Notes: a model not told the origin generated them from the sequence alone. A DNA stretch of 64,000 bases from Dehalococcoidia bacterium (GCA_049671165.1 JBATUN010000034.1:36831-100830), one strand, 5' to 3'; shown: positions 20,695 to 30,529, numbered from the stretch's first letter. Numbers and translations are program-made.

Positions 20695-22001
20695 AGTCCA
20701 AAGCCCTCGCCGCTAATCAGGCGATAGACATCGCTGAAGGTTACTAACACCATAACTGCAATTAGAAAAACAGTACCAATAGTGTAAGCTAAACGCACTG
20801 TGCGAGTGGAGAGACGTTTCCCATGCCTGAAGCCCTCGATGAGCGCCACCAGCATGCCTCCTCCATCTAGAGGAGGGACAGGGAAGAGATTGAATATCCC
20901 GAAACCCAGGCTAATTATGGCAGCCATAAACAGTATGTTGCTGAAGCCGGAGGAGCGCACTACCTCTACTGTCAATTGACCGGCACCTATTGGCCCGACC
21001 AAGGCTAGATCAGGAGATTCTATCATCAGAGGGATAGCCTCTATTATGAGCACAGGCATATAAATGATATACCTGGCCCCCGAATAGACTGCCTTCCACA
21101 CGGGAAGTCGCTCTTGTTCGATATGAGTTCCGTCTACCCATTGCAGTTCCGCACCGGGCAAGGTCTCATAGGCGACATTAATCAAAGAGGCTGCAGTCAC
21201 GTTCCCGCCTCGAAGCAAGACCACGTTTATTTTCTCACCTTCCGCAACGGAACGCAGGACACTAGACATGCTCTCATCATTGTATACAGCCTGCTCATTG
21301 ATGCTTAAGATGGTATCACCAGCTCTAATGCCGGCTTCGTAGGCTGGCGAGCCTTCCTCTGTTTGGCTCACCAGATTCCAGCAAAGCGAGACGCCGATTA
21401 TTCGTCGCTGTAATTCTGGATGGAATTTCGGCTTCACCGTGGTCTGTATCTCTTGCCCGTTCCTTTGCAGGAGCAAAGTTATTTCTGTCCCTTCTTCGAC
21501 CGAATTGACCATGTCCTGCATGTCTCCCCACCGATGAACAGGTTGTCCTTCTACCTCCAGGATTATGTCCCCGGGCTCGATTCCTGCTTCCTCTGCAGAA
21601 GAATCTACTGCCACAGAATGCACCATGAGTCCGTTGCCGGAAACGAAGGATACGGGCAGCGCAAGAAAAGCGCTCAGCAGAACAAAGGCCAAAAAGATGT
21701 TGACCAGCGGACCGGCGGCATAGATTCCTAACCTGGTCCACGGTCCTTTGCCAGCCAGGCTCCGGGGTACTGTCGGGTCATTCTCTCCGGCAGCCCTGAC
21801 AAAGGCTCCTATAGGTATGGCATTAACTGAGTATATTGTCTCGCCTCGTTTGATACCAAAAAGGCGTGGAGGAATGCCTATGCCGAACTCTTCGACCTTC
21901 ACTCCAGCACGTCTGGCAGCAATGAAGTGCCCCAATTCGTGAAGACATACTGCAACGAATAGAGCCACGAGGAAAAGGACAATGATTATGACCACGCTCA
22001 T
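20691..22001 (-). CDS. rseP: RIP site-2 metalloprotease (M50 family)
   Basis: 436 aa with an HELGH zinc motif in the first TM segment, PDZ domains and a C-terminal LPxPxLDGG-like motif. Confidence 0.88.
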   Translation of the reverse strand: MSVVIIIVLFLVALFVAVCLHELGHFIAARRAGVKVEEFGIGIPPRLFGIKRGETIYSVNAIPIGAFVRAAGENDPTVPRSLAGKGPWTRLGIYAAGPLVNIFLAFVLLSAFLALPVSFVSGNGLMVHSVAVDSSAEEAGIEPGDIILEVEGQPVHRWGDMQDMVNSVEEGTEITLLLQRNGQEIQTTVKPKFHPELQRRIIGVSLCWNLVSQTEEGSPAYEAGIRAGDTILSINEQAVYNDESMSSVLRSVAEGEKINVVLLRGGNVTAASLINVAYETLPGAELQWVDGTHIEQERLPVWKAVYSGARYIIYMPVLIIEAIPLMIESPDLALVGPIGAGQLTVEVVRSSGFSNILFMAAIISLGFGIFNLFPVPPLDGGGMLVALIEGFRHGKRLSTRTVRLAYTIGTVFLIAVMVLVTFSDVYRLISGEGFGL

Positions 22002-22004
22002 CTC

Positions 22005-23174
22005 TTATCTCTGTGTCCGGGGATTGTCTCTGCGCTCCTGTTTTCTGCTCTGATCCAAGGAAAGCCGCGTAGCGCATTCTCTCGCCCAGTTGTCGGCAGC
22101 CAGTATTTCCTCCAGGGACGGCTGGCTTATGCTCCGATGTTGCTCAAGTGTTTCTTGCACAATTCTGGCTATGCCGGTGAAACCTATTCTGTGGCTGAGA
22201 AAAAGCTCTACGGCTACCTCATCTGCGCCGCACAGCACCGCTGGATAAGTGCCTCCCGATTTGCCGGCCTCCACGGCCAGTTTGAGACAGGGAAATCTAT
22301 TATAGTCTGCGGGCTCAAAGTCCAGAGAGTTGACCTTATCCCAATCCAGGCGGGGCAGTTCCGGATTAGGCCACCTTTGGGGGTAAGAAAGAGCATATTG
22401 AATGGGCAGCCTCATATCAGGCCAGCTAAGCTGAGCTTTCAGGGAACCATCCATAAACTCCACCATGGAATGAACGATAGACTGGGGATGAATTAGTATT
22501 TCAATACTATCAAAGGGGAAAGAGAAAAGCCAATGAGCCTCGATGACTTCCAATCCCTTGTTCATAAGTGTTGCGGAGTCTATGGTTACCTTCTTTCCCA
22601 TCCTCCAGACGGGGTGTTGGAGAGCTTGCTCCGGGGTTACCTCAGCTAATTGTGCCTGTGGATACTGATAAAAGGGTCCCCCGGAGGCAGTGAGAAAAAG
22701 CCTCTGCGGGTTGGTTTCTTCCCCCTGCAGACATTGCCAGATGGCACTATGCTCGCTATCAATAGGCAGAATTTGAGCGTGATGGATGCTGGCTTCACGA
22801 ACAATAATTTCACCGGCCATCACCAATGCTTCCTTGTTAGCCAGGGCAACTGCCTTGCTTGCCCGTAAAGCTGCGAGTGTCGCGCTCAGTCCGGCCTTAC
22901 CCACAGTGGCAACGATAACCAAGTCGACCTCGGGATGGCTGGCTATTTCTTCTACAGGCAGGAATTGCCCGCCGCAACTGACGTCAGACTTGGCTGAGGA
23001 GCAGAACATTTTTGGTCGCAATTCCTTGATCTGCTCCTCCAAGAGCTTAAGATTCTTATTCCCTGTCAGAGCTACTATTTTTAGCTTGTCAGGCAGGGCA
23101 CGGATTACATCCAGAGCCTGCCGTCCTATGGAACCTGTTGAGCCGAGGACAGCTATTCTCTTTACGCCACCCAT
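22005..23174 (-). CDS. dxr: 1-deoxy-D-xylulose 5-phosphate reductoisomerase
   Basis: 389 aa with LGSTGSIG, LANKE and PIDSEHSA motifs. Confidence 0.92.
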   Translation of the reverse strand: MGGVKRIAVLGSTGSIGRQALDVIRALPDKLKIVALTGNKNLKLLEEQIKELRPKMFCSSAKSDVSCGGQFLPVEEIASHPEVDLVIVATVGKAGLSATLAALRASKAVALANKEALVMAGEIIVREASIHHAQILPIDSEHSAIWQCLQGEETNPQRLFLTASGGPFYQYPQAQLAEVTPEQALQHPVWRMGKKVTIDSATLMNKGLEVIEAHWLFSFPFDSIEILIHPQSIVHSMVEFMDGSLKAQLSWPDMRLPIQYALSYPQRWPNPELPRLDWDKVNSLDFEPADYNRFPCLKLAVEAGKSGGTYPAVLCGADEVAVELFLSHRIGFTGIARIVQETLEQHRSISQPSLEEILAADNWARECATRLSLDQSRKQERRDNPRTQR

Positions 23175-23980
23175 ATTACGTAATAGTATACCACTGCCCC
23201 GACAAATATAAGGCTGTCGAAACGGTCGAGGACACCACCATGTCCCGGCAGCAAATTACCTGATTCTTTCACTCCCATGCTGCGCTTGAGCAAGGATTCA
23301 ACCAAATCACCAAGCTGAGCAAAGAGGCCGACGAGAAAGCCCAGGATTATGATTTGCCAGTATCTAAAAGCAAAAGGAGCCCCCAGTTCAACAGAAATTA
23401 GCTTAAGAACCATCGCTATTACAATGGCAGCCAGAGCGGCGCTCACCAGTCCCCCTATCGCGCCTTCCCAGGTTTTGGCTGGACTTATGGCAGGAGCCAG
23501 CTTGTGCTTACCTCTTGCCCGTCCGATAAAAAAGGCACCCGTATCGTTGGCAAACGTGGTCAGCATGGCCAGGTAAACCCAGTTTCGGCCATCCTCCAAA
23601 CCGCGCAAATTCAGCCAGTAGCCGAGCATCCAACCTACATAGAGAGCTCCGACGATTGTCCATGCCCAGTTGTGGAATGCCTTTTCTCTCGACGGTCGGA
23701 GTAGTAGGCAAATCAAGGAAACTAACATTGCGGCGGTAACAACTAGGGGCAAAAGATCGGGATTCCTGTAATGAGGGCTTAAGACAAGGGCCAACGTCCA
23801 TAGCAAACCGAAATAAAGCAAGGGCTCTCTCCTGTCGAAACTAGCTATCTGGTAGAACTCGTAGGTCCCGGCCAATGCCGCTGCAGCTATGAGAAGAGAA
23901 AACCAAGGGTCGCCAAACCAGATGGCAAGAATAATGAGGGGCACGCCCACGGCGGCGGTGACAACTCTGTGCTTGAGCAT
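23162..23980 (-). CDS. cdsA: phosphatidate cytidylyltransferase
   Basis: 272 aa, polytopic, with the C-terminal signature KRSMGVKESGNLLPGHGGVLDRFDS. Confidence 0.9.
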   Translation of the reverse strand: MLKHRVVTAAVGVPLIILAIWFGDPWFSLLIAAAALAGTYEFYQIASFDRREPLLYFGLLWTLALVLSPHYRNPDLLPLVVTAAMLVSLICLLLRPSREKAFHNWAWTIVGALYVGWMLGYWLNLRGLEDGRNWVYLAMLTTFANDTGAFFIGRARGKHKLAPAISPAKTWEGAIGGLVSAALAAIVIAMVLKLISVELGAPFAFRYWQIIILGFLVGLFAQLGDLVESLLKRSMGVKESGNLLPGHGGVLDRFDSLIFVGAVVYYYVIWVA

Positions 23981-24136
23981 GGATCTATTCTAGCAGCTTT
24001 TAAGTGGTCACAGGCTGGCCAGTGTCCAGGCTCGTGAACGGACGATTTGAGGGCAGAGTAACAACTGGTGGATAACTGAGATTAGAGCAGGTCCAGCGAG
24101 GTCCCCAAAAAGGGCGAAAGATTTTCCGGGCTTATA

Positions 24137-24694
24137 CTATATCTCCTGTATTTCCTTTTCCTTGTGCTCCCCCAATTCACTTACCTTTCCCACACAAGCC
24201 TCTGTAAGTTGGTCGATTTTCTTGGTATTGTTCTTGAGTTCGTCTTCCGATATTTCTTTGCTTTTCTCCATCTCTCTTAGTTTCTCAATGCCGTCCCTCC
24301 TTATGTTGCGTATGGCAATCCGCCGCTCCTCCACTTTCTTGGAGACGGACTTCACCAGCTCCTTGCGCCGCTCCTCGCTAAGAGGCGGTATGACCACCCG
24401 AATTAGATTACCATCATTTGCAGGGTTAAGGCCGATATTGGCTGTGAGAATAGCTCTTTCAATGTCTCGTAACGATGTCCGATCCCAAGGCTGAATGATA
24501 ATTAAATTAGCCTCTGGTACAGAAATGGTAGCGAGTTGATTTAGCGGGATAGTGGTACCCTGATAGTTAACCAGGATACGGTCAAGCAAGGCTGGAGTAG
24601 CACGACCGGCCCGCAGCGTAGCTAATTCTTTAGCCAGGCCATCTGTGGCCTTCTGCATTCGGGAGTTCAGTTCAGAGAATAATTCATCTAGCAT
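24137..24694 (-). CDS. frr: ribosome recycling factor
   Basis: 185 aa with the typical RRF sequence (LRAGRATPALLD, RRDG). Confidence 0.92.
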   Translation of the reverse strand: MLDELFSELNSRMQKATDGLAKELATLRAGRATPALLDRILVNYQGTTIPLNQLATISVPEANLIIIQPWDRTSLRDIERAILTANIGLNPANDGNLIRVVIPPLSEERRKELVKSVSKKVEERRIAIRNIRRDGIEKLREMEKSKEISEDELKNNTKKIDQLTEACVGKVSELGEHKEKEIQEI

Positions 24695-24697
24695 GGC

Positions 24698-25207
24698 TTA
24701 GTGATCAACACCAAGCTCGAATCTAGCAAACCTGCGTACTTTTATGTTTTCACCCACTTTAGCAATTGTTTCAGCCATAATTTCCTGTACTGTTCTGGTA
24801 GGATCCTTGATAAAAGGCTGGGTGAGAAGACAAGCTACTTGAGGGTCTGTTTCTTCCTTCGGTGGCATCTCTTCACCAGTAAGAAATTGCGGGGAAGTAG
24901 CAGCTACCTGCATGGCTAAGTCATGAGCAAGTTCCTTAAACTCAGCGGTGCGAGCGACAAAATCGGTTTCGCAATTTAGCTCCACCAATGCTCCTATGTG
25001 CTTCGTGTGGTGAACGTAAGCTTCGATTACGCCTTCGGTCACAGCTGCATCCTTCTTCTTTTCAGCAATTGCTGCTCCGCGTTCTTTCAAGAATTCGATT
25101 GCCTTCTCTATATCACCACCCACCTCTAGCAAAGCCTTGTTGCAGTCAGCTATGCCCACATTGGTTCTGTTTCTTAACTTCTTCACTGCTTCAACTGGTA
25201 TTTTCAT
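24698..25207 (-). CDS. tsf: elongation factor Ts (short 169-aa form)
   Basis: The N-terminal UBA-like sequence VKKLRNRTNVGIADCNKAL and a TDFVART motif are present. The protein is much shorter than the ~280-aa E. coli type. Confidence 0.9.
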   Translation of the reverse strand: MKIPVEAVKKLRNRTNVGIADCNKALLEVGGDIEKAIEFLKERGAAIAEKKKDAAVTEGVIEAYVHHTKHIGALVELNCETDFVARTAEFKELAHDLAMQVAATSPQFLTGEEMPPKEETDPQVACLLTQPFIKDPTRTVQEIMAETIAKVGENIKVRRFARFELGVDH

Positions 25208-26040
25208 TGAGATGCAGTCTCTCCTTGCGGTTCCTTCGCTTCCTCTGGTTCACCTGGCTTCTCTGGTTCAAATGTATAAGAACCCAGAATTTCAATGGCC
25301 TCTTCGCGCTCTTTTTCAGCAGCTGATTTGACCAATTCCGCCTCCCCAGAAAACGCTTCGGTTTTGCCTTTGATTATGGCATCGGCTATTTTGCCACAAA
25401 TTAATTTAATCGTCTTAACGGCGTCATCATTGGCGGGGATAGGATAATCGATGCCGTCGGGATTGCAGTTGGTGTCCGCAATGGCAACCACAGGCATGCT
25501 TAGTCTTCTAGCTTCAGCAAAGGCAATTTTGTCTTTGATAGGATCAGCGATGAAGAGGGCTCCCGGAAGGGTGGTCATTTCCTTAAAGCCACCCATTTGA
25601 GTATTCAGGTGGGAAATTTCCTTTTCTATCTTCACCCGTTCTTTTTTAGGCAAGCGGTCAAGCTCACCTTTATCCTTCTTATTCTCCAAACGAACCAAGT
25701 GATCAATCCGAGCTTGTATGACGGTGAAATTTGTTAACATACCGCCTAGCCATCTTTGATTAACGTAGCTCATACCGCATCTCACAGCCTCTTCTTCTAT
25801 GGTCTGCTGAGCCTGTTTCTTTGTGCCGACAAAAAGAATACTCTGCCCTCGAGCTGCCAAATCTTGGGCAAAGGCGCTCGCCTTTTCTAACATGGTGACT
25901 GTCTGCTCCAAATCGATGATATGGATACTGTTGCGCTGGGTAAAAATATATTTCTTCGCCTTGGGATGCCAGTAGCTCGTGTGGTGACCAAAGTGAGCAC
26001 CGGCCTCCAGTAATTGTTTTAGTAAAGCATTCTCTATCAT
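25204..26040 (-). CDS. rpsB: 30S ribosomal protein S2
   Basis: 278 aa, LLEAGAHFGHHTSYWHPK, with an acidic C-terminal tail. Its stop overlaps the tsf start (ATGA). Confidence 0.92.
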   Translation of the reverse strand: MIENALLKQLLEAGAHFGHHTSYWHPKAKKYIFTQRNSIHIIDLEQTVTMLEKASAFAQDLAARGQSILFVGTKKQAQQTIEEEAVRCGMSYVNQRWLGGMLTNFTVIQARIDHLVRLENKKDKGELDRLPKKERVKIEKEISHLNTQMGGFKEMTTLPGALFIADPIKDKIAFAEARRLSMPVVAIADTNCNPDGIDYPIPANDDAVKTIKLICGKIADAIIKGKTEAFSGEAELVKSAAEKEREEAIEILGSYTFEPEKPGEPEEAKEPQGETASQ

Positions 26041-26138
26041 GTCTGCAATTTCAAATGATGTTGGTCAATAAAACCAGTATAATGTAGCATGATTGGTCTG
26101 GATAATGCAACAAGAGATTATCTCCGACTGTCTCCGAG

Positions 26139-26167
26139 TTGACATAGAATTCGCCCTTATCTATACT
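26139..26167 (+). promoter_or_regulatory. candidate sigma70-type promoter for the tRNA-Thr/tRNA-Tyr pair
   Basis: TTGACA-N17-TATACT, 27 nt upstream of the tRNA-Thr 5' end. Confidence 0.6.
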
Positions 26168-26194
26168 AATGAGCCAAAATTGTAGCTAGAAGTC

Positions 26195-26267
26195 GCCCGA
26201 GTAGCTCAATGGTAGAGCAACCGATTTGTAATCGGTAGGTTAGTGGGTTCGAATCCCCTCTCGGGCT
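26195..26267 (+). tRNA. tRNA-Thr (TGT)
   Basis: Hand-folded. Acceptor GCCCGAG/CTCGGGC, anticodon stem ACCGA/TCGGT with loop TTTGTAA, T-loop GGTTCGAATCC. There is one T-stem mismatch. Confidence 0.8.
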
Positions 26268-26303
26268 AGGTTCGTCAAATACTTTATGGTAAACTTACGT
26301 CAG

Positions 26304-26388
26304 GGAGGGGTGCCGGAGTGGTTAATCGGAGCAGACTGTAAATCTGCCGCCCTTACGGGCTGCGTGGGTTCGAATCCTACCCCCTCCA
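26304..26388 (+). tRNA. tRNA-Tyr (GTA), long variable arm
   Basis: Acceptor GGAGGGG/CCCCTCC, anticodon stem GCAGA/TCTGC with loop CTGTAAA, variable-arm stem GCCC/GGGC, T-loop GGTTCGAATCC. Confidence 0.88.
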
Positions 26389-26405
26389 CTTTGCATCCCC
26401 TTTTT

Positions 26406-26804
26406 TTATTTCTCTGCTTCAAATTCTTTCTTTGACAGAGCTACAAAAATGATTGCCAGTATCCCCAGAATGGCTGAGGGCAGTGCACAGATAGCCCCGG
26501 CTAACGACAGACCAAAACTCTTCCTTCTTACGGCCGAGACGCCACCCACTATGGCTACTATACCCAAGACCAGACCAATCACCACAATACCTAGCAAAAT
26601 TGGCCCGACAAATATGACACGCTCAGACCATTCCCCAGGGAGAAATGGCACCCCTTGAAAAGGCCGCAGGCACCTCCCTATAAAAGCGCTCACGACTAAA
26701 GCCGTCCCTATGCCTCCACCAATTACCTGAAATGCCCCACTTATTATGCTCAATACTCCGCCAGCGGTAAGCAACCCGCTCCTATGACTACCACTAGATG
26801 CCAT
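26406..26804 (-). CDS. small polytopic membrane protein, function unknown
   Basis: The track ORF is 26406..26840. I prefer the ATG at 26804 (MASSGSH...) because it follows AAGGAGG. The protein is Gly/Ile/Val-rich with about 4 TM segments. Confidence 0.55.
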   Translation of the reverse strand: MASSGSHRSGLLTAGGVLSIISGAFQVIGGGIGTALVVSAFIGRCLRPFQGVPFLPGEWSERVIFVGPILLGIVVIGLVLGIVAIVGGVSAVRRKSFGLSLAGAICALPSAILGILAIIFVALSKKEFEAEK

Positions 26805-26935
26805 GTTCGTTCCTCCTTGTTCTATGCTAAAACTCCTCACAGCTGTGTGTTTACGGCTGTTCTTGGTGAGAATAGACCTGAACTACCGCCACACGCACCA
26901 TAGTCTATTCCCACATTCTAGCTAGTAATTCTCTC

Positions 26936-27853
26936 CTACACTTTTCCATGTTCAGTTGCACCAGTAGCCTTACTAGTCTCAATAGATGCTATAATCTGTT
27001 TTTGAAGTTCACCAACTGCACCGGGAGTGTGAGGAAGCATTATTGTGTTAGTCCGAGAATTCTTCCCAACATCAGTAAGCATGTCATAATACTGCGTCAT
27101 AAGAACCAATGTCATTACACCCTCTGCATTAACCCCAAGTGCATCACTGGCATCCTTAACTGATTCTCTGAGTCCAGCAACGATCGCTATCCTCTGCTTG
27201 GCAATACCCTCACCAGACAACTCCTTACTCCTAGCATCAGCCTCTGCCTCCTTAATTACAATAATTTTCTTAGCTTCTCCTTCATGCTCAGCAGCAACTC
27301 TAAGACGCTGTTGCCTATTAATCTCATTCATAGCATCTGCAACACCCTTATCTGGCTGGATGTCATTAACAAGAGCACGAACCAATTTATATCCATACTC
27401 ACTCAGCCTGGCACTAAGACTCTCCTCAATTTCTTTAGCAATCTCTTCCTTATTTTCAAACACAGAGTCTAAAATCATCCCAGGAACCTTTGCCCTTACA
27501 TTATCAAATATCCAAGATTCCATCTGAGCTTTTGGATTCGTAAGTCTATAAAATGCATCCCAAACCTTATCCTCCCCATCAACAAAGTACTGAACCGCAA
27601 TAAGTAAGTCTACAAAAACATTATCGTTGGTTTTGGTTTTGATACTCACATTTAGTTCCTGTACTCTAATAGAAACTTTACCAGCCACTCTGTCCATTAT
27701 AGGAACTTTAACATGAATACCAGGACCAACGACCCTGGTAAACTTTCCCCATCGCTCAATAATGGCAAATGTCTGCTGCCTAACCATATAAATCGCCAAA
27801 ACTAGAATAATCACACCAAAAACTATACCCAAAACAATTCCAAAAACATTCAT
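26936..27853 (-). CDS. SPFH/band 7 (stomatin/prohibitin-like) membrane protein
   Basis: 305 aa with an N-terminal TM helix, an SPFH core (RWGKFTRVVGPGIHVKVPIMD) and a coiled-coil tail. AAGGAGG lies upstream. Confidence 0.85.
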   Translation of the reverse strand: MNVFGIVLGIVFGVIILVLAIYMVRQQTFAIIERWGKFTRVVGPGIHVKVPIMDRVAGKVSIRVQELNVSIKTKTNDNVFVDLLIAVQYFVDGEDKVWDAFYRLTNPKAQMESWIFDNVRAKVPGMILDSVFENKEEIAKEIEESLSARLSEYGYKLVRALVNDIQPDKGVADAMNEINRQQRLRVAAEHEGEAKKIIVIKEAEADARSKELSGEGIAKQRIAIVAGLRESVKDASDALGVNAEGVMTLVLMTQYYDMLTDVGKNSRTNTIMLPHTPGAVGELQKQIIASIETSKATGATEHGKV

Positions 27854-28084
27854 TACGAATTACTCCTCCTTAATCTTTCTACTATTCTAATCTATCTTTC
27901 TCCGCCAGTTTTACCATCAATGCTTAATAACACCTCCTACTTTATTATATCTTGACAAAACTACTTGTCAATTCCCCCCGTTCCAGATAAGAACGTGGCA
28001 TAACCATCACCAGATGCATTAACATATCCTCATCCAAACTATGTCTAAGATTCGGAACTTTGAACATCCGATTTTTCGCTCACA

Positions 28085-28495
28085 CTAATCTAGTAATTTA
28101 GCCAGTATACGAAGCAAATCGGTATTCGTAAGAATTCCCACTAAGTTACCATTGGCATCCACTACAGGGAAAGTGCCGATTCGATGCTTCTCACTTATGG
28201 CAACTACTTCTTTAATTGTGTCATCAGGGTGGACCACAATGACATCAGTTATCATTACATCCCTTACCTTCATGCAAGACAATTGATAGTGAAGCCCCCA
28301 TAAAGTCAACGCTGTGGGTGGCGATGGTGCTGCCTCTATTATTATGTTCCGTGTCACTAGGCCTACTAACTTTCCGTTTTCTACAACAGGTAAGCGGCGG
28401 ACATGCTTTTCGCGCATCGTTTCTATAGCATTATCTATTAGAGTGTCAGGAGTTACCGTAATAACTGGGCTTTTCATACAATGGCGGACGTTCAT
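28085..28495 (-). CDS. CBS domain pair protein
   Basis: 136 aa with two CBS repeats (HVRRLPVVENGKLVGLVT and HRIGTFPVVDANGNLVGILT). Confidence 0.85.
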   Translation of the reverse strand: MNVRHCMKSPVITVTPDTLIDNAIETMREKHVRRLPVVENGKLVGLVTRNIIIEAAPSPPTALTLWGLHYQLSCMKVRDVMITDVIVVHPDDTIKEVVAISEKHRIGTFPVVDANGNLVGILTNTDLLRILAKLLD

Positions 28496-28773
28496 TGTTT
28501 TCCTCCTTAATCAAGCTGACAACTATTATAGTATGCGATTCCACTTTATACTTTGCTAGCATAAGCGACACCTCTACCATGGGGCTACTCAAGTGGCTCG
28601 ATCACTTTATTCTCAATTCAAAGCCGGGGTGAGACTATTTGAACCTCCGACCACCTGAACCCCATATATCTAGTAGAAAAGGCAGCGACCGCTTGCCTCC
28701 TTTTCAAAGCTTATTATATCATCTTTTGGCGATTCAGTTGACTTGGAGCGTTTGGGGTTTGTACACTGGTATT

Positions 28774-28965
28774 ATGAGAAGTAAGATAGTTCTTATGTGT
28801 CTTGTTGTCTTTGAGGTACTAGCGTTCATCTGGGCAGCCACAGTCGCCGAGCTACCGCTTTTTGAAGGCTTGTCGCCAATCCGCAATATATTGTTTGTCT
28901 CAGATATAGTTGCCCTTGTTGTTGCGTTACTAGCAGCTTTGCCTGGGCGCGCTTATCACTATTAG
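28774..28965 (+). CDS. possible small two-TM membrane protein; start uncertain (the track ORF begins at 28639)
   Basis: The hydrophobic segment is MRSKIVLMCLVVFEVLAFIWAA...IVALVVALLAAL. There is no clear RBS. Confidence 0.3.
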   Translation: MRSKIVLMCLVVFEVLAFIWAATVAELPLFEGLSPIRNILFVSDIVALVVALLAALPGRAYHY

Positions 28966-29011
28966 GGGAGGGCATGGGCTAAGTTCTTCACAGTGCATAG
29001 GGACACAGTAC

Positions 29012-29743
29012 ATGGAAGTCTATGAATCTACACCGTTTGTGTCTATCGCCGATGTTGGGTTATCCGACGACCCGCAAGTCAATGGAGACCTTTTTTTGGC
29101 GGCCCGCTCTGCCACAGCAGAATTCAGCACCCTGTTTTCATTACCTCCTCCGGCAGGAATACGTCCACTTAGCATCCTATACTGCTCCGAGGGTCCCCGC
29201 ACAGTCTCGACTCCAGATACCACCCGATATAAAGTCTATCTGTCCGTGAAGCATTGGTATCCCGAGCAGCTTGTCTACCAACTCGGACATGAGCTATGTC
29301 ACATTTTCACTGACCCCAGGCGAACAAACTGGTTTGTCGAATCCTGTTGCGCGATGGCGTCAACGGTCCTTCTCTGTCGCATGTCTAAACTCTGGGCCAA
29401 TAATCCTCCCCCTGTTAATTGCAGTCACACTCCGAAGTTTCAACAGTATGCGCAAGACGTCATTCAACGTGCAAAAAAGCCTGAGCACCCCGACCACAGG
29501 CAAGGACAGGTGCTCAATGCTCAAATTCTATGCCCACTATTTGAGGAATCCTTAGAGAGCTGGAACGCCTTGTGTTTTCTTGGACAAGCGTCTACTTGTC
29601 CACCCGTCGACCTCACTGATTGGAACCCGCGCCAAGTAGGCTTTAGCTTCGATAGATGGTTGCAGGCGGTTCCCCATTATTTGAACGGTATAGTCCGAAG
29701 AATATCCAACACCCCTGAAAAGCGTTGGGATTACCGATTGTAG
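29012..29743 (+). CDS. hypothetical protein with an HExxH motif (putative zinc metallopeptidase-like)
   Basis: 243 aa, cysteine-rich, with a single QLGHELCHIF motif. No family recognised. Confidence 0.45.
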   Translation: MEVYESTPFVSIADVGLSDDPQVNGDLFLAARSATAEFSTLFSLPPPAGIRPLSILYCSEGPRTVSTPDTTRYKVYLSVKHWYPEQLVYQLGHELCHIFTDPRRTNWFVESCCAMASTVLLCRMSKLWANNPPPVNCSHTPKFQQYAQDVIQRAKKPEHPDHRQGQVLNAQILCPLFEESLESWNALCFLGQASTCPPVDLTDWNPRQVGFSFDRWLQAVPHYLNGIVRRISNTPEKRWDYRL

Positions 29744-29760
29744 CCCGAACTTAATAGACC

Positions 29761-30386
29761 TTAGCTATCTTTCTTCTCCCACAAATAGAGCCTAAACAAC
29801 ACATTCTCCTCGCGCTCCGCCTTGCTCATCTTCCCCAATTCAACCAACATCTCTCTTTTAGGGTAACCGCCAAATTCATGCTTTATCCATTGAGAAAAGC
29901 CTATCCAGCCGGGGAAAACCCAACCGCCACTAAAGTGATACCTTTCAAAATCTTCTTTGCTCAAATACTTACTTAAATACCAAGCCTGACCTTTAACATT
30001 CCTTACTACCCCCATCTTAGACCTGTGGCTCGCATAATTCTTCCACCACCAATTCTCAATCACCTGCTGAGGGATATAAGGCCCGAAGTATACGACATGC
30101 AGGTTAATTCTCTTCTTATCCCCTTGCCTATGCCTAACAGAACAATACTCAAAGCTCCCGTAATGACGCCTCAGATACCTGACCAGCTCGTTGAACTTCC
30201 CTATCACATCTAGCCCTTTAGCTATTGCCTCATTACTTTCCGTTAACACAAACCATCGCGCTGTCTCTCCATTGTGTGCATCAAACCCTGTGTAAAACCT
30301 CTGTCTAAATCTACGCCCTCTATAATCAATACAATGACTGACATCTGAAGCTCCATTAACAAGTCCATGTATACCTTTTCAGACAT
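29761..30386 (-). pseudogene. rolling-circle replication initiator (HUH/Rep)-like gene, apparently frameshifted
   Basis: The track ORF 29761..30249 contains a double-tyrosine motif AWYLSKYLSKE (compare the YxxKYxxK active site of phiX174-type Rep). Candidate motif II is RHRQG or NLHVVYF. The same frame stays open upstream of the GTG start (..RFYTGFDAHNGETARWFVLTES, motif I-like) but has no start codon. An RBS-preceded ATG at 30386 (MSEKVYMDLL...) lies in a neighbouring frame, and the total span of 626 nt is not a multiple of 3. Confidence 0.4.
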
Positions 30387-30500
30387 GTTCTCCGTCTTCT
30401 ACACCTCCTGCTTGACTTTCATAAACCCTTCCTTTACAATCCCTCCATTAATTTGCCCGAACATGTACATCACGTTCCAAAGTAGAAACTGCATACTTTA

Positions 30501-30529
30501 TTGACTGTTTGTCCATGTTGACTTAGAAT
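30501..30529 (+). promoter_or_regulatory. candidate sigma70-type promoter for the tRNA-Thr(GGT)-tuf unit
   Basis: TTGACT-N17-TAGAAT, with the -10 ending 17 nt before the tRNA 5' end. Confidence 0.55.

Noticed and set aside
21325-21741. 138-aa minus-strand alternate-frame ORF and 103-aa plus-strand ORF within rseP
   Set aside because: They lie within a well-supported M50 protease gene and have Arg/Gly/Ser-rich low-complexity translations typical of off-frame reading.
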